The position numbers were made by a program, and so were the translations under genes. This document shows positions 13,929-22,004 of a stretch of DNA of 43,071 bases, in pieces. The notes beneath the pieces were generated by a model. It had not been told where the DNA came from. It made no database searches and saw only the letters and a program-made list of their open reading frames with translations. Within the stretch, counting starts at the first letter, position 1. Every line of letters begins with the position of its first letter. The stretch comes from Casimicrobiaceae bacterium (GTDB lineage: Bacteria; Pseudomonadota; Gammaproteobacteria; Burkholderiales; Casimicrobiaceae): contig DAIQRF010000001.1 of NCBI GenBank assembly GCA_036786505.1, positions 1 through 43,071 of the forward strand, given 5' to 3'.

Positions 13929-14281
13929 TTTCTCCCAGTGAATTCATGCTCTACGCGACGCCGGTGATCCTCCTGATCTCCCAGGAGGTTCGCGCGTTTA
14001 TGGCGAAGCGGGAGATGCGGCGAATAACGGACGCACAGACCGCCGCGCTAAACACCGCCGGCCAGGAACGCTCCGACGTGATCCAATCAACTACGCTCGA
14101 CACCGCGAGCAAGCTGGCCATCCACACCTCCGATAAAACCAGCGCCATCGGCGATGAGCTGGCCGAAATCCATCAACTCGTGAACGGCAACACCACCGCC
14201 CTCCAGGCGCGCATCACAGAGTTGGAAACGCAGCGCGCCGCACTCGAAGCCCAACTTAGAAGCGGCAACCAGCACACCTGA
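13925..14281 (+). CDS. N-terminally anchored coiled-coil protein (118 aa; TTG start, alternative ATG at 13946)
   Basis: In frame with ORF 13850..14281. TTGA overlap with AAGGAAAG upstream. Hydrophobic ATPVILLISQ followed by heptad-like sequence. Confidence 0.6.
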   Translation: MISPSEFMLYATPVILLISQEVRAFMAKREMRRITDAQTAALNTAGQERSDVIQSTTLDTASKLAIHTSDKTSAIGDELAEIHQLVNGNTTALQARITELETQRAALEAQLRSGNQHT

Positions 14282-14292
14282 TTTAAGCCGCA

Positions 14293-14303
14293 TGGCGACT
14301 ACA
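14293..14303 (+). promoter_or_regulatory. TGGCGACTACA motif copy, 4 nt before the NusG-like ATG
   Basis: Read directly. Confidence 0.45.
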
Positions 14304-14307
14304 AAGC

Positions 14308-14895
14308 ATGACAGCACAGCGCAAAGTTCCGGCGCCTGTGACAGACGAAGCGGGAGCGCGCGCACTCCTTCGCGCGCCCCGCGCGTCTTCCTGGTATGCG
14401 CTGCACGTGCTGGCCAACGCTGAATTCGTGGTCGAGAGCGCCCTGATCGGCTACGGAATCGAAGCCTTCCTGCCCACCTACGCCGAAAAGACCCAGTGGA
14501 GCGATCGCGTAACCACAACGATCCGGCCGCTCTTCCCCGGCTACCTGTTCGTGAATTGCGAAGGCCGCCCTTCGGAAACAATCGTCCGGCCGCGCCGCGA
14601 GATCTTGCGCATCGCCGGCATCATTAAAGTGCTACCCACCAACCTCAACCCCCAGCCCGTCGACCGCGAACAGATTGAGAACGTGCGCCGCGCCCTAGCC
14701 GCCCGGCTGCCGGTCACACGCTGCGAGTATCAGAGCGGCGATGAAGTATTGATCGACAAAGGTCCGCTCGCCGGCGTCAAGGGCATCGTTCAGCGCACCA
14801 AGCGCGGCACCGAAGTGATTATCCGCATCGAAATGCTGCAGCGGTCGGTCTGCGTGCAGGTCGACGCGGCCGACGTCCTGAAGGCCACCACATGA
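14308..14895 (+). CDS. NusG/RfaH/UpxY-like transcription antitermination factor (195 aa)
   Basis: NGN-like WYALHV...GIEAFLPTY...RPLFPGYLFV. KOW-like GDEVLIDKGPLAGVKGIV. Confidence 0.9.
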   Translation: MTAQRKVPAPVTDEAGARALLRAPRASSWYALHVLANAEFVVESALIGYGIEAFLPTYAEKTQWSDRVTTTIRPLFPGYLFVNCEGRPSETIVRPRREILRIAGIIKVLPTNLNPQPVDREQIENVRRALAARLPVTRCEYQSGDEVLIDKGPLAGVKGIVQRTKRGTEVIIRIEMLQRSVCVQVDAADVLKATT

Positions 14896-15377
14896 GCCAG
14901 CCGAAATTTACCAGCAATCACCACTGCGCCGGCCTATGCGGCCGCGTGGTCTCCGGAAACAAACTCCGCTGCGCCGACTGCATCGTTGAGTCCGCGCACG
15001 CCCTAGTCAACGCACGAAACGAGGAACCGTTGGAAGAAACCACACACATCATCATGAAGACCTTGAGCCAGGACCGCGAAGATCTCTATCGCGCCGATGG
15101 CATGCTGCTGGCCTCGCGCCAGGGCGACATGGTCCGCTTCGGCAACGAGCCGAAGGAAGCCGGGAACAGAATGTTCCTCAACGGAGAATTCGCCGCCGCC
15201 TGGCTGCGCAAGGTTCCATCGATGGACCTGGCGACGCGCAAAGACGGCCGCCTGAACGTGACCGACGCGATCGAGCGCGCCACGTCCGGAATGATCGGAA
15301 TCGTGATCGAAGAACGCGACGCCGAGCACATCATCATCCAGCCGCAAGGCAACGCGACGTCGGTGCTGCGGAACTAA
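14892..15377 (+). CDS. Hypothetical protein (161 aa) with an N-terminal Cys4 motif
   Basis: ORF track. ATGA overlap. CAGLCG...CADC. Confidence 0.8.
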   Translation: MSQPKFTSNHHCAGLCGRVVSGNKLRCADCIVESAHALVNARNEEPLEETTHIIMKTLSQDREDLYRADGMLLASRQGDMVRFGNEPKEAGNRMFLNGEFAAAWLRKVPSMDLATRKDGRLNVTDAIERATSGMIGIVIEERDAEHIIIQPQGNATSVLRN

Positions 15378-15500
15378 ATGGACGACGAGAAACCAAAGCC
15401 ACCGAAGCCGCCGAAAAAGACGTGGCGCGAGAAGCTGGCCGACCTCGGCAACGGGATCGGCGACGCGCTCGGCGAGGCGCTATTCGGCGGGAATAGGTGA
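15378..15500 (+). CDS. 40-aa Lys/Pro-rich micro-ORF
   Basis: Hand-translated MDDEKPKPPKPPKKTWREKLADLGNGIGDALGEALFGGNR. Starts directly after the previous stop. Confidence 0.4.
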   Translation: MDDEKPKPPKPPKKTWREKLADLGNGIGDALGEALFGGNR

Positions 15501-15629
15501 ATGATGAACTTCCTGAAGATCTGGTGGCACTGTCGGTGGAACAAGGGGCACACGCTGGACAACTACCACGACGCACTCGGATTCGCGACTTACTATTGCG
15601 GAACCTGCCGCTACGGATTGAACGACTAA
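15501..15629 (+). CDS. 42-aa Cys-rich micro-ORF
   Basis: Hand-translated MMNFLKIWWHCRWNKGHTLDNYHDALGFATYYCGTCRYGLND. Strong third-position GC bias. TAATG junction with the endolysin gene. Confidence 0.5.
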   Translation: MMNFLKIWWHCRWNKGHTLDNYHDALGFATYYCGTCRYGLND

Positions 15630-16030
15630 TGCTGACCGCCGCCCAAATCTACACGCTCGCCCGCGCCGCCGGCTTCCCGCCGGTGGTGGCCGTAACCATG
15701 ACGGCGATCGCGCTGCGCGAATCGTCGGGCAACCCGAACGCGTTCAACGGCGACGCGCAGACCGGCGATCGTAGCTACGGGCTCTGGCAGATCAACATGG
15801 CCGGCACGCTGTCCGTGCCCCGCATGAAGGCCTTCGGCATTAACGCTGAGAACAAGCTGCTCGACCCAGCAACCAACGCGCACGCGGCCTTCGTGCTGTG
15901 GAACCGCAGCAACAAGAACCTGTCGACGTGCTGGTATATCGACCATCCCGGCATGTACCAGACGCGTTACGAGTCGCATCTGCCGGCGGCGCAGGCCGCG
16001 GCGATCGCGGCGGCGATGCCGGCGGCTTGA
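15629..16030 (+). CDS. Lytic transglycosylase (SLT-domain) endolysin (133 aa)
   Basis: ALRESSGNPNA...YGLWQIN catalytic-region pattern. Met45 of ORF 15497..16030. Confidence 0.85.
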   Translation: MLTAAQIYTLARAAGFPPVVAVTMTAIALRESSGNPNAFNGDAQTGDRSYGLWQINMAGTLSVPRMKAFGINAENKLLDPATNAHAAFVLWNRSNKNLSTCWYIDHPGMYQTRYESHLPAAQAAAIAAAMPAA

Positions 16031-16052
16031 ACGACGGAGTCTATCTAAAACC

Positions 16053-16298
16053 ATGAAACAGACATTCGCCATCCCCATGACGCGCGCCGAGTTTGAAGCC
16101 GCGCGCTACCGCCTGATCACGCAGCACTTCGTGACGGCCGACTCCGACGCCGACCAGGGCAAGCTGGCAGCGAGAGGCGTCACGCTCGATTACGTTTTTA
16201 GCGGCACCGCACTCCACATCGGGATCGAGCACAAGCCCGCGCTCTTCACCGAAGGCTTCGTCGAAGGCAAGATCCGCGATTGGTTCACCCAGGCGTAA
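16053..16298 (+). CDS. Hypothetical protein (81 aa)
   Basis: ORF track. Confidence 0.7.
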   Translation: MKQTFAIPMTRAEFEAARYRLITQHFVTADSDADQGKLAARGVTLDYVFSGTALHIGIEHKPALFTEGFVEGKIRDWFTQA

Positions 16299-16330
16299 AG
16301 CAGTTCACCCCAGACACAAGGACCACCACA

Positions 16331-16627
16331 ATGACGATCTTTCTTTTCCTTCTCCAGAACCTGCCGTCCATCCTCAGAGCCGTAATGGGCATCGAGGCCG
16401 CCGTGACGGCGCCCGGCGCCACCAAAAAGGCGATGGTGATGAACAGCCTGGCGATCGCGGCCCAGGTCGGCGAAACCGTCCCCGAATCGCACGTCGCCGC
16501 CATCAGCGCCGTGGTGGATAGTGTCGTGGGCAGCCTGAACGCATCCGGAGTCTTCAAAAAGAGCACACCGGCGCCCACCCCAGCCGCCAACTTACTGGCC
16601 GCGCTGAAAGCCCCCGCCGCCGCGTAA
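16331..16627 (+). CDS. Membrane protein, possible holin (98 aa)
   Basis: Met18 of ORF 16280..16627. Hydrophobic N-terminus MTIFLFLLQNLPSILRAVMGI. Adjacent to the endolysin. Confidence 0.6.
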   Translation: MTIFLFLLQNLPSILRAVMGIEAAVTAPGATKKAMVMNSLAIAAQVGETVPESHVAAISAVVDSVVGSLNASGVFKKSTPAPTPAANLLAALKAPAAA

Positions 16628-17965
16628 ATGGCCGCGAAGAAGAACCAGCCGCCGGCGCCGCCCGAGCGCCTCACCGTGGAGATGTGGCCCATCGCGCGGC
16701 CGATCCCCTACGCGAAGAATGCCCGCAAATTGAGCGAGCGCGCCATCGAAACGCTGGCCAGCTCGCTCAAGGAATTCGGATGGCGCCAGCCGATAGTGTG
16801 CGACGCCAAGGACGTCATTGTGGCCGGCCACACCCGCCTGATGGCCGCGCAGGCCCTCGGGATGACGGAAGTGCCCGTTCACGTCGCGGCAGGCCTCACG
16901 CCGCGCCAGGTGCGCGCCTACCGGATCATGGACAATCGGTCGGCCGACGAAACTACCTGGGACCTGGCTATGCTGCCCGAGGAGCTGGCCGAGCTGCAGG
17001 CCATGGGGATGGACCTGGCCCTGACCGGCTTCGATATCGGCGAGCTGGACAGCCTGATGCGGCCCCCGCCGCCTGAGGACGAGGACACAGCCCCCACGCC
17101 CCCCAAGCGCCCCACGACGCTGCTGGGTGACTTATGGAACCTGGGCCTCCACCGCGTGCTCTGTGCCGATGCGACGCTGCCCGACGCGACCAAGAAGCTT
17201 CTGGAGCCAGGCAGCGCGACGATTGCCTTCACGGCGCCCGCGATCGGGGAAGCCGAAGACGCAGCCGACGCCGGCAAGGCCGACCTGGTTCTCACCGATC
17301 CGCCCTATAACGTCGACTACACCGGCTACACCAAGAAACGTCTGAAGTTGAAAGGCGACGCCATGACGGCGCCGCAGTTTATCGAATTCCTGGGCGCGAC
17401 CTTTAAGGCGTTCGCCGGCGCGATGAAGCCGGCCGCCAGCCTCTACGTTTGCCACCCGTCGCTCTTTCAGCGGGAATTTCAGAACGCCCTCGAGTCCAGC
17501 GCGTTCAGCATCCGCACGCAGATCATCTGGGCAAAGAACACTTTCGGTTGGGGATTCGGCCGCTACAAATTTCAGCATGAGCCGATCTTCTACTGCCACC
17601 TGCGCGGGCAGAGTGATCGCTGGTTCGGCGACAAGACACAGTCGACGCTGTGGGCAGCCAACAAGCCGGCCGCTAACCGGCTGCACCCGACGATGAAACC
17701 GATCGCGCTGATCGAGCGCGCACTGGAAAACAGCTCGAAGGCCCGCGACATCGTCCTGGATCTTTTCGGCGGCAGCGGATCCACGCTGATCGCGTGCGAA
17801 AAACTTGGCCGCTGCGCGCGGCTGATGGAGCTGGATCCAGCCTATGCCGACGTCATCGTCGAACGCTGGCAGATTTACACCGGCAAGGTCGCGACGCTCG
17901 CGGGAGACGGCCGAACATTTGCGGAGGTTAAGGCCGCAAGAGCAGGGAAGAAGAATGCCGCGTAG
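16628..17965 (+). CDS. ParB-like nuclease domain fused to an N6/N4 DNA methyltransferase (445 aa)
   Basis: ParB N-terminal pattern IVAGHTRLMAA. Methyltransferase DPPYN motif (VLTDPPYNVDY) and FGGSGST. Confidence 0.92.
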   Translation: MAAKKNQPPAPPERLTVEMWPIARPIPYAKNARKLSERAIETLASSLKEFGWRQPIVCDAKDVIVAGHTRLMAAQALGMTEVPVHVAAGLTPRQVRAYRIMDNRSADETTWDLAMLPEELAELQAMGMDLALTGFDIGELDSLMRPPPPEDEDTAPTPPKRPTTLLGDLWNLGLHRVLCADATLPDATKKLLEPGSATIAFTAPAIGEAEDAADAGKADLVLTDPPYNVDYTGYTKKRLKLKGDAMTAPQFIEFLGATFKAFAGAMKPAASLYVCHPSLFQREFQNALESSAFSIRTQIIWAKNTFGWGFGRYKFQHEPIFYCHLRGQSDRWFGDKTQSTLWAANKPAANRLHPTMKPIALIERALENSSKARDIVLDLFGGSGSTLIACEKLGRCARLMELDPAYADVIVERWQIYTGKVATLAGDGRTFAEVKAARAGKKNAA

Positions 17966-18416
17966 TGCCGAGAACATCAGCATGCGCGTGTTCCTGAAGG
18001 CATACGCGCAGACCGCCAACATCACGAAGGCCGCCGAGGCCGCGAAGATCGACCGCTCCCTGCACTACCGCTGGCTAGACAACTTCCCCAAATACCAGAA
18101 GGCCTTCCTGGACGCAGAGCGCCAGGCCGGCGACTTTCTCGAAAGCGTGGCGGTCGGCCGCGCCACCGAAGGCGTGATGGAAGCTGTCTATTACCAGGGC
18201 AGGCCGATCGGCGCCGTGCGCCGCTACTCGGACGGCGTGATGATGACGCTGCTGCGCGGCTTCAAGCCGAAGAAGTACTCGCAGAAAACGGAAATCAGCG
18301 GCCCTGAGGGCGGCCCCATCGAACTCGTTCAGCGCCTGAACTCGGCGCGCGCCCGCATGAACCAGGAAAATCTCGAAGCCGCGGCCGCGGCCGCGCTGCT
18401 AGCAGAGCAGGAATGA
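17955..18416 (+). CDS. terS: Terminase small subunit (153 aa)
   Basis: Met38 of ORF 17844..18416. N-terminal HTH FLKAYAQTANITKAAEAAKIDRSLHYRW. Immediately upstream of terL. Confidence 0.7.
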   Translation: MPRSAENISMRVFLKAYAQTANITKAAEAAKIDRSLHYRWLDNFPKYQKAFLDAERQAGDFLESVAVGRATEGVMEAVYYQGRPIGAVRRYSDGVMMTLLRGFKPKKYSQKTEISGPEGGPIELVQRLNSARARMNQENLEAAAAAALLAEQE

Positions 18417-19915
18417 CGACGCCGCGCCAGGCCCAGCTCACCCTGGGCGACGAGATGATCAAGTGCTATGCCAACCCGCTGGAGTTTGTGCGCCTGTCCT
18501 ATCCGTGGGGAAAGCCAGGCACGATCCTGGAGCACCACAAAGGGCCAGACGAATGGCAGCGCGACATTCTGGTCGATATCGGCAAGGAAGTGCGTAAACG
18601 CAACTTTGACGGCTTCCACACCGTGCTGCCGCTACGGTTCGCTGTAGCGAGCGGGCACGGCATCGGGAAGTCCGCGCTGGTGGCGTGGGTCGTCGATTGG
18701 ATCATGTCGACCAGGCCGCACGCGCAGGGCACGATAACCGCGAACACGTTCACGCAGCTACAAACGAAAACCTGGGCGCAGATTCAGAAATGGACCGCGC
18801 TCTGCATCACGGCTGATTGGTTCAGGCTGACCGGCGATCGCATGTATAACCGCGATTACCCGTCGACCTGGTTCTGCAGCGCGCAGACCTCGCGCGACGA
18901 GAACAGTGAAGGTTTCGCCGGCCAGCACTCCCTGACCAGCACGTCGTTTTACATCAACGACGAGGACAGCGCGGTCTCGGATTTGATCCATGAAGTCGAA
19001 GAAGGCGGCCTGACCGATGGCGAGCCGATGATTTTTCTTTTCGGCAACCCGACGCGCAACACCGGCAAGTTTCACAATGTGACCTTCGGCAAGGACCGGC
19101 CGAATTGGAACCACCGCTCGATCGACTCCCGAACGTCCAGCTTCGCGAATAAAGAACTCATCGCCCAGTGGGCGCGCGACTACGGCGAGGACAGCGACTT
19201 CTTCCGCGTGCGCGTGAAGGGCCTCCCGCCCAACGCGAGCGAGCTGCAATATATCGGCCTCGATCGAATACAGGCGGCACAGAAGAATGAACCGCTCTCG
19301 CTCGACGACGACCCGCTGATCGCCGGCGTAGACGTTTCGGGCGGCGGATCCGCGTGGAACGTGGTGCGCTTCAGGCGCGGCTTCGACTCGCGGACAGTAC
19401 CACCTATCAGGCTCTCGGGCGCCAAAGGCGACCGGCAAGTGATGATCGCGAAGCTGGCCGAGGTTCTAGCCGTGACCTTTGACGAGGATCCGGCTCGCTA
19501 CGTATCGATGATGTTTATCGATTCGGCCTTTGGAGCGCCCATCGTGGAGCGCCTGCAGATGTTGGGCTATGGTGACCGCGTCGCCGAAATCAACTTCGGT
19601 GGCAAAGCGCCCGACGAGGCGCACTTCGCAAACATGCGCGCGTTTATGTGGACGCAGACGAAGGAGTGGCTGCCGAAGGGCGCCATCGACCCGAACGACG
19701 AACAGCTCGAAGTCGATTTGACCGGGCCTGGATTTCACTTCAACCGGACCAACCAGCTCGTGCTGGAATCCAAAGCCGAGATGCAGAAACGCGGCGTCGC
19801 CTCGCCCGACGATGGCGACGCCCTGGTGCTCACGTTCGCGCAGCCCGTCGCGCCGATAGTTGAGCCAGCCCCACGCAAGCAGCAGCCGCACACGCAATAC
19901 ACGCCTTTTGGATAA
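18413..19915 (+). CDS. terL: Terminase large subunit (500 aa)
   Basis: Walker-A-like ASGHGIGKSA, size, and position upstream of the portal. ATGA overlap with terS. Confidence 0.9.
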   Translation: MTTPRQAQLTLGDEMIKCYANPLEFVRLSYPWGKPGTILEHHKGPDEWQRDILVDIGKEVRKRNFDGFHTVLPLRFAVASGHGIGKSALVAWVVDWIMSTRPHAQGTITANTFTQLQTKTWAQIQKWTALCITADWFRLTGDRMYNRDYPSTWFCSAQTSRDENSEGFAGQHSLTSTSFYINDEDSAVSDLIHEVEEGGLTDGEPMIFLFGNPTRNTGKFHNVTFGKDRPNWNHRSIDSRTSSFANKELIAQWARDYGEDSDFFRVRVKGLPPNASELQYIGLDRIQAAQKNEPLSLDDDPLIAGVDVSGGGSAWNVVRFRRGFDSRTVPPIRLSGAKGDRQVMIAKLAEVLAVTFDEDPARYVSMMFIDSAFGAPIVERLQMLGYGDRVAEINFGGKAPDEAHFANMRAFMWTQTKEWLPKGAIDPNDEQLEVDLTGPGFHFNRTNQLVLESKAEMQKRGVASPDDGDALVLTFAQPVAPIVEPAPRKQQPHTQYTPFG

Positions 19916-19924
19916 GAGGACCCT

Positions 19925-20047
19925 ATGAAAGCCAAACAGATGACCGCCGCGATGGCCGCGAAGGCCAAGCAGTATGCCGCCTCGATGAAGGGCGGCGGCA
20001 AAAGCAAGATGACCGTCTCCGACCTGATGGGAGGCTGCAAAAAGTGA
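19925..20047 (+). CDS. 40-aa Lys/Ala-rich micro-ORF
   Basis: Hand-translated MKAKQMTAAMAAKAKQYAASMKGGGKSKMTVSDLMGGCKK. GTGA overlap with the next gene. Confidence 0.35.
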   Translation: MKAKQMTAAMAAKAKQYAASMKGGGKSKMTVSDLMGGCKK

Positions 20048-20508
20048 AAACGCTACTGGCCTCGCTCTTCGTCCTCGCCAGCGCCGTCTATGGCCAAGGC
20101 GTCGACAGCTACATCGCCACCGCCTCGACCACCGCGCTCACAATGCAACAGCCTCCCGCGAATGGCCGCCAGATTACCTTTGGCTCGGCCACGCTTGCCG
20201 GCGCCAGCGTCTACTGCCTAGCGGCGCAGACGGCCACGCTCTCCTGGAACGGCACCCCCGCGACGGCGACCGCAGGCAGCGAAGTGCTCCTACCAGGAAC
20301 GCAGCGCCCGAGCGGCATGACGGTCTGGACCGCGTCCAACGTTGGCAGCGGGACCACCGGCCCGATCTATAACGTCGGCGCCGGCGCCACCTTTCCGCTC
20401 GATCTTTCGCGGTTTAGTTTCGGTACGCAAGGCAGCGCCCAGAACCTCACGATCGCGACCAGCGGCACCTGCACAATCACATTCTCCTATTCGGCGGCGC
20501 GCCAGTGA
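20044..20508 (+). CDS. Signal-peptide protein, beta-rich (154 aa)
   Basis: GTG start. (M)KTLLASLFVLASAVYGQG looks like a Sec signal. Thr/Ser/Ala/Gly-rich body. Confidence 0.75.
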   Translation: MKTLLASLFVLASAVYGQGVDSYIATASTTALTMQQPPANGRQITFGSATLAGASVYCLAAQTATLSWNGTPATATAGSEVLLPGTQRPSGMTVWTASNVGSGTTGPIYNVGAGATFPLDLSRFSFGTQGSAQNLTIATSGTCTITFSYSAARQ

Positions 20509-22001
20509 AGACCATCCTCAAAGGCCTCGTCGGTATTTATCTTTTGCTCTCGATCGCGCCCGATGCCCGCGCGGCACTAGCCACCACCGCAGTATGGGAG
20601 CTGCAGCATGCCGGCGCCGCTACCAATGCCGGATGCTTCGATCCAGGCGTCGGCACCCCCGGCACCGACCGCAGCCAGTCGACCGCGCCCTTTACCGCCT
20701 ACACCGACATAGTCGCGCCGTCCACCACCACCATCACCTCGGCAGCGACGCCCTTCTCGGCGGCGTCAGTGGGGAATTGCCTGAACGTAACAGCGGGCAC
20801 CGGGTGGACCACCGGTCGCTATGAAATTTTGAGCGTGTCCCTAGGCACGGCCACCGTCGATCGCGCGATCGCCGTGGCCGCCTCCATCGGTGGCACCGCG
20901 GCCCTGGGTGGAGCGCTTGACACCTTCGCGAATTTGAACGCCGACATGCAGAACTGCAATTCTGCCTATGTCAAAGCCGATGCGACCTATGTGGTCGCCG
21001 CCGGCCACACCTGGAACTTCAGCGCCATTACGGCACTAACCTGCTTCCCCTTCGTCGAGGGCTACACCGCAGCGCGCGGCGATGGAGGCTCGGCCACCAT
21101 GCAGGCTTCGGCCGGCGGCTTTTCGCTCTGGACCATGGGCGGCAACAATGGGCAGTACGGGGTGGTGTTTCGGAATTTCATTCTGGACTGCAACGCTCAG
21201 GCCTCCTGCGCCGGCCTGGCGGTGGCCAATCAGCGCTTCACGCTCGAAAATATCCTGGTCAAAAACAACCGGAGCTATGGCTTCAATTTCGCGTTCGGAA
21301 CGACCGGGAACGGCATGGTCTGCCGCTTCTGCGCCGTGACCGGCGGCTCCTCGGCGAACCCCGCGTTTAACATGCTTACCTCGCTGAACGACTGCTACTA
21401 CTGCATCGCTTATTCGACGGCGCAGCCCGGCTTTCGGATCGCGTTCGGAGTCTGCGATCACTGCATCGCAGCGAATATCACCGGCGCCGGGAACTTTGGG
21501 TTTTTCCTCGATCAGTCGCAGTGTATCTGGGTGCGGCTGACAAACGTGGTCTCTTACAATAACGCCGGCGATGGCATACGCATCGTCAACGAGGGATGCG
21601 CCACGGAGGTCTCCCCGGTGTGGATCGCCAACAGCATTATCGCGAGCAACGGCGGATACGGCATCAATCTGCAGTCGGGCACCTCCAACGCGAAGAACAA
21701 TTTCGAGGACTACAATTTCCTCTACAACAACACCACCGCGGCGCGCTTCGGCCTGGCCGTGGGCGCGCACTCGGTCGCGGGCACCGCAGATCCCTTCACT
21801 AACGGCGCCGCCAACACTTTCACCCTGAACTCGATAGCCGGCGGCGGCGTGGTGGCGAAGGGCGCCGGATTCCCCGGCGCGCTGGCCATCGGCGGCGTGG
21901 CCTTTGGAACCGGCGCGCTCGACATGGGCGCACTGCAGAGCGCAACGGGCGGTGGCGGCGGTGCCGGCCTTTCTGTATGGACCCCGCTGCTCCCGGAGTA
22001 A
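20505..22001 (+). CDS. Signal-peptide protein with right-handed parallel beta-helix repeats (498 aa), depolymerase-like
   Basis: (M)KTILKGLVGIYLLLSIAPDARA. Repeated coils NNRSYGFNF, GAGNFGFFL, NNAGDGIRIV, SNGGYGINL. Confidence 0.85.
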   Translation: MKTILKGLVGIYLLLSIAPDARAALATTAVWELQHAGAATNAGCFDPGVGTPGTDRSQSTAPFTAYTDIVAPSTTTITSAATPFSAASVGNCLNVTAGTGWTTGRYEILSVSLGTATVDRAIAVAASIGGTAALGGALDTFANLNADMQNCNSAYVKADATYVVAAGHTWNFSAITALTCFPFVEGYTAARGDGGSATMQASAGGFSLWTMGGNNGQYGVVFRNFILDCNAQASCAGLAVANQRFTLENILVKNNRSYGFNFAFGTTGNGMVCRFCAVTGGSSANPAFNMLTSLNDCYYCIAYSTAQPGFRIAFGVCDHCIAANITGAGNFGFFLDQSQCIWVRLTNVVSYNNAGDGIRIVNEGCATEVSPVWIANSIIASNGGYGINLQSGTSNAKNNFEDYNFLYNNTTAARFGLAVGAHSVAGTADPFTNGAANTFTLNSIAGGGVVAKGAGFPGALAIGGVAFGTGALDMGALQSATGGGGGAGLSVWTPLLPE

Positions 22002-22004
22002 ATC

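Noticed and set aside
15497-16030. 177-aa long form of the endolysin starting at GTG 15497
   Set aside because: The N-terminal 44 residues look non-native. A different frame there has a strong third-position GC signal and encodes a 42-aa ORF ending in a TAATG junction at Met 15629.
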